The notes under the pieces: model-generated
What the model was told of the DNA's origin: nothing
The model's input: only the letters and a program-made list of their open reading frames with translations
Databases searched by the model: none
Translations under genes and position numbers: made by a program
Part shown: piece after piece, positions 50,937-63,771 of the stretch
How the letters are laid out: each line of letters opens with the position of its first letter
Numbering within the stretch: the first letter of the stretch is position 1
DNA from: Guillardia theta CCMP2712
Taxonomy: Eukaryota; Protista; Cryptophyta
NCBI RefSeq assembly: GCF_000315625.1
Contig: NW_005434573.1
Span: forward strand, 124,001 to 188,000
Direction: 5' to 3'
DNA length: 64,000 nt

Positions 50937-51890
50937 GAGGAGGAGGTACCTTGTTGTCTCGGTAACTCTCGGCAAGGGGAGCGAGCAGCTGAGGGATGCC
51001 CTCCTCCATCATCGCCCGGTGAGAGCTGCGGTTAGTGCTCAGGATCGCTAGCAGATGGATCTCGTTCTTAGCCCCCGCCAGGTCCCCTCGCTCTTCGGCT
51101 ATTCTCAGAGACTTGGCGACCAGCGGGACGGCACCAGCGGCTATGAGGGCAGCGATCAAGGGCTTCATGCCGTAGCACATCTCGATCAGACACGTCAAGA
51201 CGCATCGCCGATCCTGGGAGCAGCCATACTCCATGGTCCGCGCCAGCAACTCCAGCAGCGTCTTATGACACTCGTGCGTGACCGCGTCCAGCTTGCGGAG
51301 GGAGAAGCCAATGAAGTAGATGAGGGAGAGGAAGCCCTCGAGGACGTCAATGGCCTGCTGGTCTGAGTGGTACGACTGCAGGAGACGGTCGAGGTCTCGC
51401 TTGACATGTCTCAGGCTGTAGGTTCTTGCAAGCGTGCTCGCGAGGTCGTAGGAGTTCACTCGGATCATCACGTCCTTCCCTGTATTCACCCCTCGCAGAA
51501 TCTTAACGACCTCCTCCTGCGACAGGTCCAAGATGTCCACAGCACCGAAGCGACGCCGCGAGAGCTTGCCGCACTCGCGGGGAAGTTCGACCAGCAGAGC
51601 AGGAGAAGTAGGACGAGGCAACCAGATCTCTCGATCGTTGTGATAGGGTCCCAGGCGAAGCTTCGACCTGCCTTTGAAGCCATTGCTGCTCGTCATCTCG
51701 ACCACCTCTGGAAATACCCTCCACTCACTGACCAACAGGAGACAGCAACAAGTGTCAGGATATCGAAGCTGCCGCGATTCTTTGCCTGCAGTTCTCAGCA
51801 GCAGTCACTCCAGGGAGCCGAGGAGCATCCGGAAGCTCGAAGCATCGTCGGGGAATGGTAAGTCGGTGATCATGGAGGGAAAGATCATGC
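49955..51890 (-). CDS. Hypothetical helical (ARM-like) protein, multi-exon
   Basis: 316-aa ORF with ARM-like segments LIAAGAVPLVAKSL and MMEEGIPQLLAPL. Confidence 0.55.
50246..50401. repeat. (CAT)n microsatellite with CTC/CGT variants (probably intronic)
   Basis: Direct inspection. Confidence 0.95.
50872..50946. repeat. (GAGGAC)n microsatellite at an intron 5' end
   Basis: Direct inspection. Confidence 0.9.
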
Positions 51891-52059
51891 ACAGAGAAGG
51901 GACTCATCTGTCCTCTACTCGCTCTCATCTCCTTCCTCTCTCCTCTCCTTCTTCCTCTCCCTCACTTCCAACATGTCACGCCGCCTCCCTACCTCCATGT
52001 CATGTTTCCTTGTCGCCCGAAGACTCTTCAGGCGAGTCCGCCTCACCGAAGGGACCTGG

Positions 52060-52530
52060 ATGATGAGGGTGGGGGTGGTGAATGTACTGGGGGGGGCGGT
52101 GAGGACCCTACCCGTGTAAGCAGGGGTACTTTCATCTAGGTATGAGGGTAGGGGTGAAGTCAGCATTGGGAGGCCATCAGTCGTGTTGTCATCAGCCAAC
52201 AAGAACAAGACTACCCTACCCCCTCGGATGTTCATTCTATATCTCCACCCCCCAGAGGTAACCCCTTATTGCTCTGCATTACCCAGCTTATTTGAGGCTA
52301 AAAGGTGGGTGATAGTAGCGGTATTTTCATCCCCACCCCTTCATACATCACCCCCACCCCCTGAGATGAGGCTGCTGATTCCCAAGGTGCTGTCGAACAG
52401 GCGCATCGTGCGAAAGCAAAGTTAATGAATTAGAGGGGGTAGGGGTACCAATATTGTTCATAAATGGTGGGTTAAAAACATAGATAAGGTAGGGTGATAT
52501 TTCTGATAGCATGGGTGGGGGTAGTGGGGT
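52060..52530. promoter_or_regulatory. Type B GGGTA/TACCC block
   Basis: Lies 5' of the ARM-like gene. Confidence 0.45.
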
Positions 52531-53497
52531 AAGGAAGGAGAAAACCCGATTAGAACCTGAGGAGGGAGAAGGACGAGGGAGGAGGGAGAAGGACGGGGAG
52601 GGAGGAGGGAGAAGGACGAGGGAGGAGGGAGGAGGACGAGGAAGGAGGGAGGAGGACGAGGAAGGAGGGAGGAGGACGAGGGAGGAGTGGTGGTGGTGGA
52701 GGTGAAAGTGGTGGTGGTGACGGGAGGAGTTGTCAGGAGGGATTCAAAGGAATCCACGAGACTTGGAGAGCAGAATGAAGTAGCCGTCCGTACAGCATGA
52801 GGATCCTGAGTACGAGAGACACGAATCGAATCGAAAGCAGTGAGTGTCTGTATCCATGGAGAGTGGTCCCTCCATGCAGTCAGTCAGAATGATGTCATAG
52901 CTTGATGCTTGCAAGCAATTGCTCGAATGGCGATTCTTGTGTTCTTGTCCGAGTCGATGATCTATTATGCACAGATTGATTGAACACTCGACTGTTGAAA
53001 ACAACCCCTCGTCTCCGCGTTTCGCGAGCATCCCCTGACTAAAACCATCATGTTCTCTGCTATTCGTCACTTCGTGATGTCTCCCATCAAGGCGCAAGCT
53101 CTTCTACAGCATGTCCCGCTCAACCAGGCGCCAACTCCTCCTCCATTCCAATATCGCGGTCGCTTCCTCTTGTAAGGGACCTTGACAAGACCTGAGTCAA
53201 AGCTGATGGTCTGCGTGTGAATTATTGATGTACATAAACACTTCTCGATCTAAATTTCCTCCTCTTCTCATTTCCCATCCCCTTCTCCTCTCTCTCGCTC
53301 TCTCTCTCTCGCTCTCGCTCTCCTCTCCACTCGCCTCAACGTCTTTTCTGGATTTTTTCACTCTTCCACTCCTCTCCTGGCTAACTCTCCTCCACTCAAC
53401 TTACTTTATCTGCTCCTGGCTCCTTCTACAGCCTTGAACGCACAGAGTCGGCTCGCATCTGCCTGAAGCCCTTGGACCTGTCGCCGCACCAACATAC

Positions 53498-55748
53498 TCA
53501 TTTCGTGCACACAGCATTGCTGACCATCACCTGTCCTCCTGCGCAGCCGCCAAGAAGGCCTGTCGAGCATGTCAAGCAGCAGCACGGGGCAGAGACGCTT
53601 CTCACCTCCTCGTCTAAGATCGGGCCCAAGAGAGGAGCGAGAGATACAATCTGCAAGGAGAGGGTAAGGAGGGGAGGAGAGAACTAGAGGTTGACTTCGA
53701 AGGGAGGGCCCTGAGCCTCCAATGTCTCTGCCATGGTAGAGCAACTGCCGGACAGTCACCACAAGGAGGACAAGGAGGAGGGATGAGAAGAAGAGAAGAA
53801 GAGAAGAAGAGAAGAAGAGAAGGAGGAGAGAAGGGACGAGAGAACAAGAGGAACAGCGCAACGAGAGGAGCAGGAGACAATGGTGTCTCCTCTTGAGGTA
53901 CCTGTCAGTCACCCATACTTTGTCGAACAAGCCGGTCGTGAAGGATTTCCAAGAGTTTTCTAGGGGGAAAGTGAGGAAAGAGAGGGGCAGCGGTACACCA
54001 ACAATGAAAGACAAAGCTTTGAAAGACAAAGTGCAGGAGGTGGAGATAGAACAGCCATGGAGATCAACCCCAGCTGCAAAGGAAGAGGAGGAGGAGAGGA
54101 AGCGGGGAAGCAGGGGAGCGGGACAGGAAGAAGAGATAGGGGCATGAGAAGAAGGAGGTCACCTGTAAAGTTTGCATGTGTGACGTAGACATTGATGGAG
54201 ACAGCGCCAAGGGATCGGAGTAGCTCGGCACACTGCAGGCTGTGAGAAGGGAGGACGAGAGGAAGGAGACGATACCTTGATCATGGTGCTTCCGGTGATG
54301 ATGATGTCATCTATTAGCACCACCTGCCTTCCACGAGGATTGCCTTCCAACACTACGACTTTCTCGGCAGCTTTCATCATGCGCGTGCAGGTAACTTGAT
54401 CGAACCCTGACTCTCGCCATCATCCGCTAGTCATTAAGCACAGGCCTGAGCCGACCTTGAAAGTGCTTGCCGAATCTTTTCGCCGTCTTCTCGTCCTGCA
54501 GAGATGTCAAAGACTTCTCTAACCTTCTCTCGAGCACACAGGAAAGGCAATCATCGGAGCGTTGGGGTCGGACTTCCGTCTGGCGTAGCAGATCTTGCTC
54601 AGTCGCTTCTTGTCTTCTTCTCGCAGCTGTACATGATGATGTTCAGAGCGAATCAATTTCAGCTCGACCGACTTGTCTAGTCATGAAGGCGTTCTTCAGT
54701 CTCGTGTACTCTTCCTGAGTGTCAGGATCCCAAGGATAACTCGCACTGCTGTCGTCATGCACACTCGAGGTCGCGCTCTCCCAATCGCTCTTCGTCTCCC
54801 CGTTCTTCTTGGTCTCGCCGTGGCTCTCGACGACTCTCTCCTGCTTCCTGTGGTTGGAGTCTACGATCTCATCCAGTCGCAGCAGGATGAGTGGCCTAAA
54901 GTGAGGAGGGGAGACGTCAGGCCTGAGACGTCAGGAGGAGGAGGGAGTGACATGGAGGTCTCGAGCCGAGGGACGGTGTCATCGTCGAAGTAAAATCTCT
55001 CCTGCATCAGAGTCACGAGCACAGGGCCCGACTGCCTCCCACCTGAAGGTGATGAATGTCGTAGACCACGAGCTCGGTGGGCCCGCTTTTGGCTTTTGGC
55101 ATCGCTGACAGCAGACGCGCGAGCGTGCGGGCTGTGGGTATCTCTCCCATCTTGCCACTTCCTCGTTCTCCTCCTTCGGTCTGCAGTGATGTGACGAGAG
55201 GAGAGGAGGAGGAGGACAGATCAGAGGACCTGCAGCGTGAGGGACGGAAAGAAAGGCATGAGGATCTTGAATACTGAGGCCCCAAACCTCGGCAGCTTCG
55301 ACATAACGGCGAACTGCTCGTAGATGCTGCTGGCTGCTCAGTCTTACAGCAGCAGGAGCAGCAAAGAAACCATTCGGGGTCGTCGAAACAGGCCAGGAAA
55401 ACAACGATGCTGCCTCGAACTTTATAGTAGTCGTCGATGTTTATCTTAGGAAACCCTCCCTGCGCTTGTCAGGGAGGTCAGGGTTGGAGAGCAAGCACCT
55501 CTGCCGGGGCTCTCCTCCATGTGATGTGGCAGGCTTGAACTGATTGCGCCTGAGCAAAGTCAATGACTTGTCGTCATGGAGGAGGAGAAGAACATGTTTC
55601 ACTATCTTGTGCGCAAGGGAAGCCATCTGCGGCGCATAGAACAGGATGACCTGTCATGAGTGAACGCAAGTCAGGAGGGTTCAACAGGTTCGTCTCAGCG
55701 CGGCACCTTGGGCATGTCAACATCGTTCACGGCAATCATCTGCGCCAT
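53498..55748 (-). CDS. Class II (plant PRS3/4-type) ribose-phosphate pyrophosphokinase-like protein, multi-exon
   Basis: [96 protein letters not shown]. The 3' end is approximate. Confidence 0.85.
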
Positions 55749-56410
55749 TCTGCCCTCCTCCGCCTCTTATCTGCGAAGCATGTAAGAGGCAATCAAAATG
55801 ATTCCAATTCATCTCATCATCTTAGGTGTCAACATCTGATACAAGAGAAAACCTTTTCCTCTCACTCTCCCTTCATTTTCAGATTTCTCCTCTTCTTCCC
55901 TTCTCTTCTCCATCATTCCTATCTCGCATCATCTCCCGTCTAGTTCAACCCCCTTCCCCCGAAAAGATCCAATGTTCGCCTCCTGTCTCTGCTCTTCTTG
56001 AGCGTCTTCTCTTCGAGCGCCATATCCTTGTATCCTCCCTCTCTCCTCCTCCTCCTCCTCCTCCTCCTCCTCCAACCTCTCCCCCTCCTTCCCCCGTCCT
56101 CACTTCCGTCCCCTACACCATTCATTCATTCCCTTCCTCCTGAGGCGGGCGTGCCAACTGAGGATGCCCGGCGGGCCGCCGTGTCGGCTGAGCGGCCTAG
56201 CAAACACTCCGACTCAGACGGTGACTGATCGGATGGGGGAGAAGGGAAACGGAAGCAACTGACTCGAATGAACAGAGAAGAACTCTGACTTCGGACTTAA
56301 ACGTGATCCGGGAGAGAAGAAACTCAGGCGGCAGCTTAACATTGTTCAATTAGCCATGATGACAGTATATCAACTCACTGTGTAATTAGATCCTATCTGT
56401 CCTATCACCA

Positions 56411-59400
56411 TCATCCAGGCAGAGGGGAGGAGGTTGGCTCTACTAGGATCTCGTTCACAGCCACCGAGGCCTTCCTCGTCATGGCGTACAGCACTGCTTC
56501 CGCCACGTCCGACACATCGAGCTGGCTCTTCGTCGAGTTCTCCCCGAAGAGCGAGCAAGCCTGCTGCTCGTCGCGCATCATGAGCTCGCTCTTCACGTCC
56601 CCCGGCTGGATGTTGGTCACCCGGATGCCGTAGAGCGCCAGCTCCTGCCGCAGCCCTCGCGCCCAGGCCTCAACGAAGTGCTTGGTGGCGGAGTAGACGG
56701 CCAGGCCGGGGAAAGAGGCGCGACCAGCGTCGGAGGAGATGTTGATGATGTGACCTCCTCGGCCCTCGGCGATGAGCGACGGGATGATGGCGCCTGTCAT
56801 GTTGAGCACTCCCTTGCAGTTGAGGTCTACCTGGGCTGACCAGGAGGTCAAGTCGACACACGACAGGTGCTGGTACTGCATCATGCTCGCGCTGTTGACC
56901 AGCCCCCAGATCGGCGACGAGAACTCCCGCGCGATGGCAGCGACGCCTGCGGTCACCGACTCCGCGTCGGTCACGTCGATCTGGAAGGAAGACGCTCTCC
57001 CCCCTGCGCTGTTGATCTCCTCCTCCAACTCCACCAGCCGCTCCTTCCGTCGAGCAACGAGTGCGATGTAGGCGCCATGAAGGGAGAGAGTCTTGCAGAT
57101 CTGCTGGCCGATCCCCCCGCTGGCTCCCGTCACCACAACCACCTTGGACTCGAGAGCTCGAGGGCTGACGATGCCAACCGGCGTGACATGAGGCAGCAGC
57201 TTCCACTTCAGCTTCAGCTTGGAGAGGTAGGCCGCCATGAGCTCCGTTGTCAGCTGGGGGTACTGCTGGGACAGCGCGAGCTCGCTCCTCGACTCCTCGT
57301 TAGCGTCGATGCGGGCGAGCCAGGAGCTGACGTTGTCAGTGTCGTACTGGTTGTGTTGCCAGCATAAGTCCAGCAGGGTCTCGCGGGTCACGGGGTTGTG
57401 ACCGCTCCGAGAGCAGGCAAGCTCGACGAGCTTCACCCACTCGTCCACGTCATGCACGGCCTTGAGGCTCGTGTAGCCGGCGCGATGAGCAGCCGTCATG
57501 AAGTTCTGGAAGGAGAGCGGCGAGGGCTGGATGAGGTGGAAGACCTTGTTGGTGCAGTTGCGGATGTCCTCTACGCAGGACACAACAAACCTGGAGACGA
57601 AGTCGACAGGCGTCATCTCGAAGCAGAGCTCCAACCCTTGTACGATTGGAACCGCCTGCGCGTACACACAAGCCTGCATGATGGATAGGTTGGAATCCTT
57701 GGGATTCCATGCCGCCGACTCGGAGTGACCTGAGATGTTGCCGCAGCGGTAGATGGCTCCTGGCAGGCCGTTCTCATGCGCCTGCAGCACGAGCTGCTCT
57801 GCCACCCACTTGGACTGCGAGTATCCCGTCTTGAGCTCCTTCCACGTTGACTTCAACGACGTCGTCTCACTCCAGGTTCTCCTCCCGCTCCCTCCCTCCG
57901 AGGGGAACACGGCGTCTGTCGACACGTAGTGCAAGGCCTTGACCTTGCCGGAGAGGCAGAAGGAGACAATGGAGGAGGTGCCGCGAACGTTGGCGGGGAC
58001 GAGGGCTTCATAAGGGTAGACGAGGTTGACCTGCGCAGCTGCATGGATGACGACATCGATGTGCTGGGTCAGGAAGGTGTAGTCCTCCTCCTCCAGCCCG
58101 AGACACTCTAGGCTCGCGTCCCCAACAATCGCGTCCAGCCGGTGGTGAACGTCTGCTCGCACCTCGTCCGTCAGCAGCCCGTAGCTCTCCAGCCCCTTGA
58201 GCACCCGCGACCGGCAGGCGTCAGCTGGAGCTGCTCCCGTGCCTCCGGCCTCTCCTGCTCGCACCAGGCAGTAGACGTATGCTTTGGTGCGGCGAAGAAG
58301 CTCGTAGGCGAGGAAGGCGCCGAGGAAGCCGGTGACCCCCGTCAGCATCACGCGGCGAGTCTTGAAAAGCCTCTCCACCTCCACATGCCTCCAGAAGGCC
58401 CGCGTGTTGATGGAGATGACCTGCGAATGCGCGTACAGCTCGACCTCGTTGTCCAGGTTCCGCTGCACTAAGTCTCGCACTTCGCCCTCCACCTCCGGCG
58501 GCTTCTCGAGGAAGCTTGCTAGCTGAGTGATGTTGGGGTAAGCAAAGATGTGCTCCAGCAGCACCTTCCTTCCTCCGAAGCTGGCTGAGAGATCTTTGAG
58601 CAACGGGATGGTCAAGAGAGAGTTCCCTCCGAGGTCGAAGAAGCCTTCAGCCGTGTCAATGGCGTCGCTCTTGAGGCCCAGCACGCGCTTGAAGATGTTG
58701 GCTACCTTTCGCTCTGCCTCTGTCTTGGGTGTGTCGATCACCTCCGTGTCGTGCTTCTCCAGGATCTCAGTCAGGCTCGGCAAACGTTTCTTGTCCAGCT
58801 TGCCGGATGCCGCGTGCACTGGGATGCTGTCTAGGAACTCCATGTGGGTAGGGATCATGTAGAAAGGAAGCCTGCGCTTCAGGAGAGTTCGGATCTGCTT
58901 CTTCATGTTCGCCAAGAAGTTGTCTTCGTTTCTCAGAGCAGACAAGTCGGCCGGGACGAGGAAGGCCAGCAGCGTCTTGTCGGTGTCGGAGGGGAGGCCA
59001 TCGGCGATCACGACGCAGTCATGCACCAGCTGCTTCAGCTCAAGGATCGCTCGCTGCACGGCCTTGAGCTCGATCGAGTATCCCCTCACCTTCACCATCG
59101 AGTCGCAACGCCCGCAGATCTCAAGCAGCCCGCGACCGACGAGGTACCCGACGTCTCCCGAGCGGTAGACCCTCTGCCCGCCCCGCATGGGAAACCTCTC
59201 AGCGGTAATGTCAGGTCGCTGCAGGTACTCGCGAGCCAGCATGGGCCCGGTGATGTAGATTTCCCCGTGGACTCCAGGAGGAACTTCGTTCATGCTCTCA
59301 TCAAGGATCTTGACGCCGACGGCAGGCAGCAGCTTCCCGACGGGGCAGAAATTTCTCTTGAGGTCTATGTGCGCGTCGTCGGTGAGGTCCGAGCCGGCCA

Positions 59401-60576
59401 CGTCATGTGCCTCGGAGATGGAGTAGAGGTTGTGAATCTGAGCACCTGCACGTGAAGTCAGAGGATCACGCGAGGAGCTCGAGAGCTGCTGCCTGGGATG
59501 CTCTCGCGGATCTTGTTCCTTAGCGACATGGTGACAACCTCGCCACAGAGGATGATGAGTTTGAGTGACTTGAACAGCTGCAGGTCGACGTCGGAGGCGG
59601 AGAGCATGGCCTCAAGGAGAGAAGGAGTGAACAGCATTCGAGTGATAGCATTCTAAAGCAAAGTCAGCAGCGATCGGGCCGGCAGCAGCAAGACCTTGGA
59701 GATGAACTGCGGGAGTTTCTCGACGTCATAGATGGTCGTGTCCGGCACGATGTGCAGCTCCTGACCTCTGAGGAGCGGCCGCAGCATCTCCCATACGAAG
59801 AAGACGTTGCATGCCTCTCTCTCGATGGGACTTGAGCTGTACGGATACTCCTGAAAGCGCCAGGCGTATGAGAGCACGGCTCCCCTGTGAGGGCAGCAGA
59901 TCCCTTTAGGTTTGCCTGTCGTGCCAGACGAGTAGACGACATAGGCAAGGTTGTCCCAGGTGAGCTTTCCTGGAATCTGAGGAAGAGAGTGAGGAGGGAC
60001 CTTGCCTTCCCATCCTTGATCGAAGACAAAGGTTTCCACTTGTGTGAAGAACGTCTGCCCGGAGAAGTACTCGGGGGTGGTGAGGATCGCGGCAGGCGAG
60101 GCATCAGTCACGACCATCTGAACGAGGTCAGGAGGATACGCCACGTCCATGGGGAGATAGGCAGCGCCAGCCTTGAGGATGGCGATGTACGAGATGCTAT
60201 ACTCGAGCTGCTTCTTCATGTAGATGGCTACCACCTTGTCGGGCCCTGCTCCTCTTTGAATCAGCCAGAGGGCCAGCCGATCAGTCAGCACGTCGAGGTC
60301 CCTGTAGGAGATCCTGCGATCCTGATCAACGATGGCAACTCGATCAGGAGTCAGTCGGGCCTGCCAGACATTCAGCCATGTCCCCTCATGCAGGAATGAA
60401 ACTACCTGCTTTCGGAAGAGGTCGTGCAACAGCAGACCCTCGTACTCTCTATAGACGTCGGGCAAATCGCTCTTGCTCGTTGCTGGTGCGCTCGATGGCA
60501 TTTCAAAGCTATTGCTTGACGAGCTGTGAGATAAACTGTTGCTTGAAGCACTTGGGGAGATACTGGGAGGAGGCAT
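56411..60576 (-). CDS. NRPS-like A-T-R-SDR enzyme, glycine betaine reductase (ATRR)-like
   Basis: A domain: YSSGTTGKPKG, ACNVFFVWEMLRPLLRG, YRSGDVG, GRCDSMVKVRGYSIEL. T domain: FFDLGGNSL. Thioester reductase: LTGVTGFLG, GYSQSKWVAE. Second SDR: VTGASGGIG, YSATK. Three short introns in the 5' part. Confidence 0.9.
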
Positions 60577-60979
60577 TCTGGTTTAATGGCTGCTTTCAAA
60601 TCTTTGACCTGTTCAACACGCCAAGCGTCAGAAATGTTGGTCAAGGATTCTACTGGAAACCATCATTGATTGATATCATCTTAGCGCTGCACATGCCTCA
60701 TGATGGTAAGAACCATGACTCGAGATGTCAACTGCTGGGAATTCCACATGCATAAGGGACCGAACGGAATAAGATGAAGGCGGGAGGGGGAAAGGGATTA
60801 GAGGAAGCAAGTCAGAACCATGGAACGAGGGATCTGCTGGGATGGGTGGTGATGACAAGCTCTGGTGGTGACTGACAAGGCGGGAAGGAGGGGGGCGAGG
60901 GACGAGGGAGCTTGGCCCTCGTGCTGTATCACAAGTGGCATGTGCGAACAAAAAGAACCACAGGAGGAAACGAAATGGG

Positions 60980-61280
60980 GGGTAGTCAGGGGTAGGGTAG
61001 CAGTATGAGGAGTAGCAATTGAAATAGACTTGTCGGGGTGGGGTGGTACAGGAAGGTGCAACAGGAGCAAGCATAGGGTAATGGAGGGTGGGGTGGGGTG
61101 GGGAGGAGGATCAGCGAGGGTGTTTTACCTGAGTCAGAGGGGTACAGGAGAGTTGTGGAAATCAGTAGATATGATACGGAGGGGTAGGGTACTTGAACTA
61201 CCTGGATTTAAAGGAGGGTAGGGTCCTGAGGAAGAGGTCACGGCCCGTAGGGGTAGGTGGAAGGGGGTCCTCTAATGGGG
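60980..61280. promoter_or_regulatory. Type B GGGTA block 5' of ATRR
   Basis: Dense GGGGTAGGG(T) words. Confidence 0.45.
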
Positions 61281-61399
61281 ACGCAAAAGATTTGGAGGAG
61301 AATACAATGTATATAACTTAAAAAAACAATTATTTAGTAAATGTTAACCTAAGAATAAGGTTATATAATGTTTATATACAGTTTGACCACGAAAACACG

Positions 61400-63260
61400 T
61401 TGGTTCAACTCAGATTCGTATCGTAAACTGATACCGGGCCCGGGCCCGGCCGCGCAGTGGCATCTTTGAACACAAAACGGGCACGGTTACTAAGTTGGCG
61501 GGCCGGGCGGCCCGCCGCCGGCCGCCCGGTCGACTTTGAGTAAAGATTATGTCGAGTCGACCCGGTCTACGCGGCCCGTGACTCATCCGACTCATGATGG
61601 CATGATGAACGAGTCTGTGATCAATGATCGGTGATCCAAGTCTCAGGGCCGATCGGGCCACTGAGTACCAGCCTGCCAGCCTGAGTGACCCGGCGTGAGC
61701 CCACTGGGCCAGGCTGGCAGCGGCCAGCCTGTGGCCCGGCGGCTGTCCTGAGGGCAGCCTGACTCAGTGAGTCCGATCACTCTTCATTAGTCACTGTACT
61801 GAGTCCGAGCCTGTGGCAGGAAAAGGCTCAGTGTCGCCGGAGTCGCGGCCCGGCGGAGGCCGGAACTTCCGAGAACTTGGCAAGTTGGGTGCGCGGCAGT
61901 GACGCCGGCCCGGAGTCCGCGGCTCGCCGCGGCCGCGGGGCGTCCGATGTTCCCGGCTGAGCCCGCCGCCGCGCCGGAACTCAGTCAGTTGCAGTGCCGG
62001 ACCCGCCGGCCCGGCGGGCCCGAAACTTTCCGGGCCGGCGTACGGTCACCGTCTGGGCCTGTGGAAGCAACTCAGATTAAACCAGGCCCCCGGCCGCAGT
62101 TCGGAACTGGACTTGAACGGTTCCGAGGCTGGCATTGTTCAGTGAGAGTCAACGGCCCGCCGCCGAATTTGAGTACACACGCGGCCGCGACTGCCGCGAG
62201 ACGGTACCAGGCTCCGACGCCGTCACTGTGACGGCGCGGCCGCCGTGTACCACGGTAGTACCGTGCCGGCGGTACGGTCGGTCGGCGCGCCGCCGCCGGG
62301 CACCGGCCGCACCGTCGGTACCGGGTACGGTCGCCGCCCGGCCCGGCCGGTACCCGCCGGGTAGTACGGTAGCCGGCGGCGGCCCGGGTACCCCGCCGCC
62401 GCGGGGCCGGCCACTCGGAGGCTCGGCGCCGCGCGCGGCGGGGGCGGCCGCCACTCAGCGGCGAGCCTGCCCTGGCAGTGAGAGTCACCGGGCCCGGGCT
62501 GTCACCCCGGCGGCGGGACGGACAGTGCCGGGGGGACGGAAGTTTCCCGGGCCGCCCCGGCGGCCCGGCCCGGCCGCCCGCCCGGCCCCGCCGGGGCGAG
62601 CGGACTGGTACCGTACTGTACTGAGCGGCGGCGGCCCTGACTCGTTCGGGATCGCGGCGAGAGCGGGCCCGCCCCGGGCACTCACAGTGCCGGGGCCCCG
62701 GCCGGCTCCGAGGACTCAGTCCCGGAGTTCCGCGGCCCGGGGGCCGGACGGTCACAGGCTCGGACTGCCACCGTGACCGTGCCAGCCACAAGTACCGGCT
62801 TCAAGTCACTGCCCGGAGTGTCGGTCCGCCGTCACCAGTGTGAACCGTCACCGTGGCAGCCGGCGTGAGCCGGGCCGGCCCGGGCGATGATCGGATCGGA
62901 CCGTCCAACTCAGCCGCCGGGCCGCGGCCCACCGTCCCGCCCGGAGCCGACACGGTGGCCCCCGTGGGCCCGGTAAGCGGCCGCCGGGCCGCTGGAAACT
63001 TTCAACGGAACGGCGTCATCCGATGATCGAGTCATGGCGGTACGGCCGCGGCCCACGCCGAGCCCGGCGGCGGCCGGTACTGTAACTTAAATTGAATCCG
63101 AGTCAGCACTCCCAGGCTCAGTGCCGGCCCGTCACGGAGGCTCGGGAGCCTGGCTCGCGGCCGGGCCGAAGCTACGGCGGCGTACCGGCGGTCACCCGGT
63201 CGAATAACCGTCATAACGGTGACTCGCTGGGTCAGTGGGTCGCATAACCGTCATAACGGT
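61400..63260. repeat. Largest type A GC-rich micro-palindrome block
   Basis: Perfect 1-nt-loop hairpins at 61761-61773, 62218-62236 and 62251-62265. ATAACCGTCATAACGGTGA is duplicated at ~63204 and ~63244. Confidence 0.75.
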
Positions 63261-63279
63261 GATTAGCCTTCTTACTATG

Positions 63280-63500
63280 ATGCCATGACCCCACCCCCCA
63301 TTGGTCTGATTTTACCACCCACCCCCAATTTATACCCAAGCTTGCTGACCTCGAGATCAGAAATACCCCATGATTGAGGTACCCCCACCACCTTTTCGAT
63401 ATAGAAATGACCATCAAATTCCACCCTTAAAATATACCCCTACCCTCAATATTTAGCCCCCTCCCACCAGGCTTCAACTGCCTCTGACCCCCACCCCCCG
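63280..63500. promoter_or_regulatory. Type B TACCC block 5' of the last gene
   Basis: Dense TACCC/CCACCC words. Confidence 0.45.
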
Positions 63501-63771
63501 CCATCCTCTCTTAGCGCCCTCCTCCTCATTTGCTTAGCGCTCTGCTCCTCCTCCTTTGCTTAGCGCCCCCTCCTTTAGCTTCCCCTGGTCTCTGTTGTAT
63601 TACTTCCTATTTCCTACCTACTTCCTATCTTCTGTCCCCTGCCTTCTCCTTCTCCGCTTCCCCTCTTCTTGTGCTTTCCATTTACTTTCTCGTCCTCGTT
63701 AGCATCTCTCGTGCTATCTTTCGCTCCTCCCTGCCTTCTCGTCTTAGCCCATCGCATCCGGTCTCGTTGCC

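Noticed and set aside
56670-60399. Antisense and alternate-frame ORFs over ATRR
   Set aside because: Shadow ORFs from high GC3 codon bias.
61899-62791. Long Pro/Arg/Gly/Ala ORFs on both strands (also 15581-16933 and 43813-44704)
   Set aside because: These result from stop-codon scarcity in very GC-rich palindromic DNA. No domain or splice structure.
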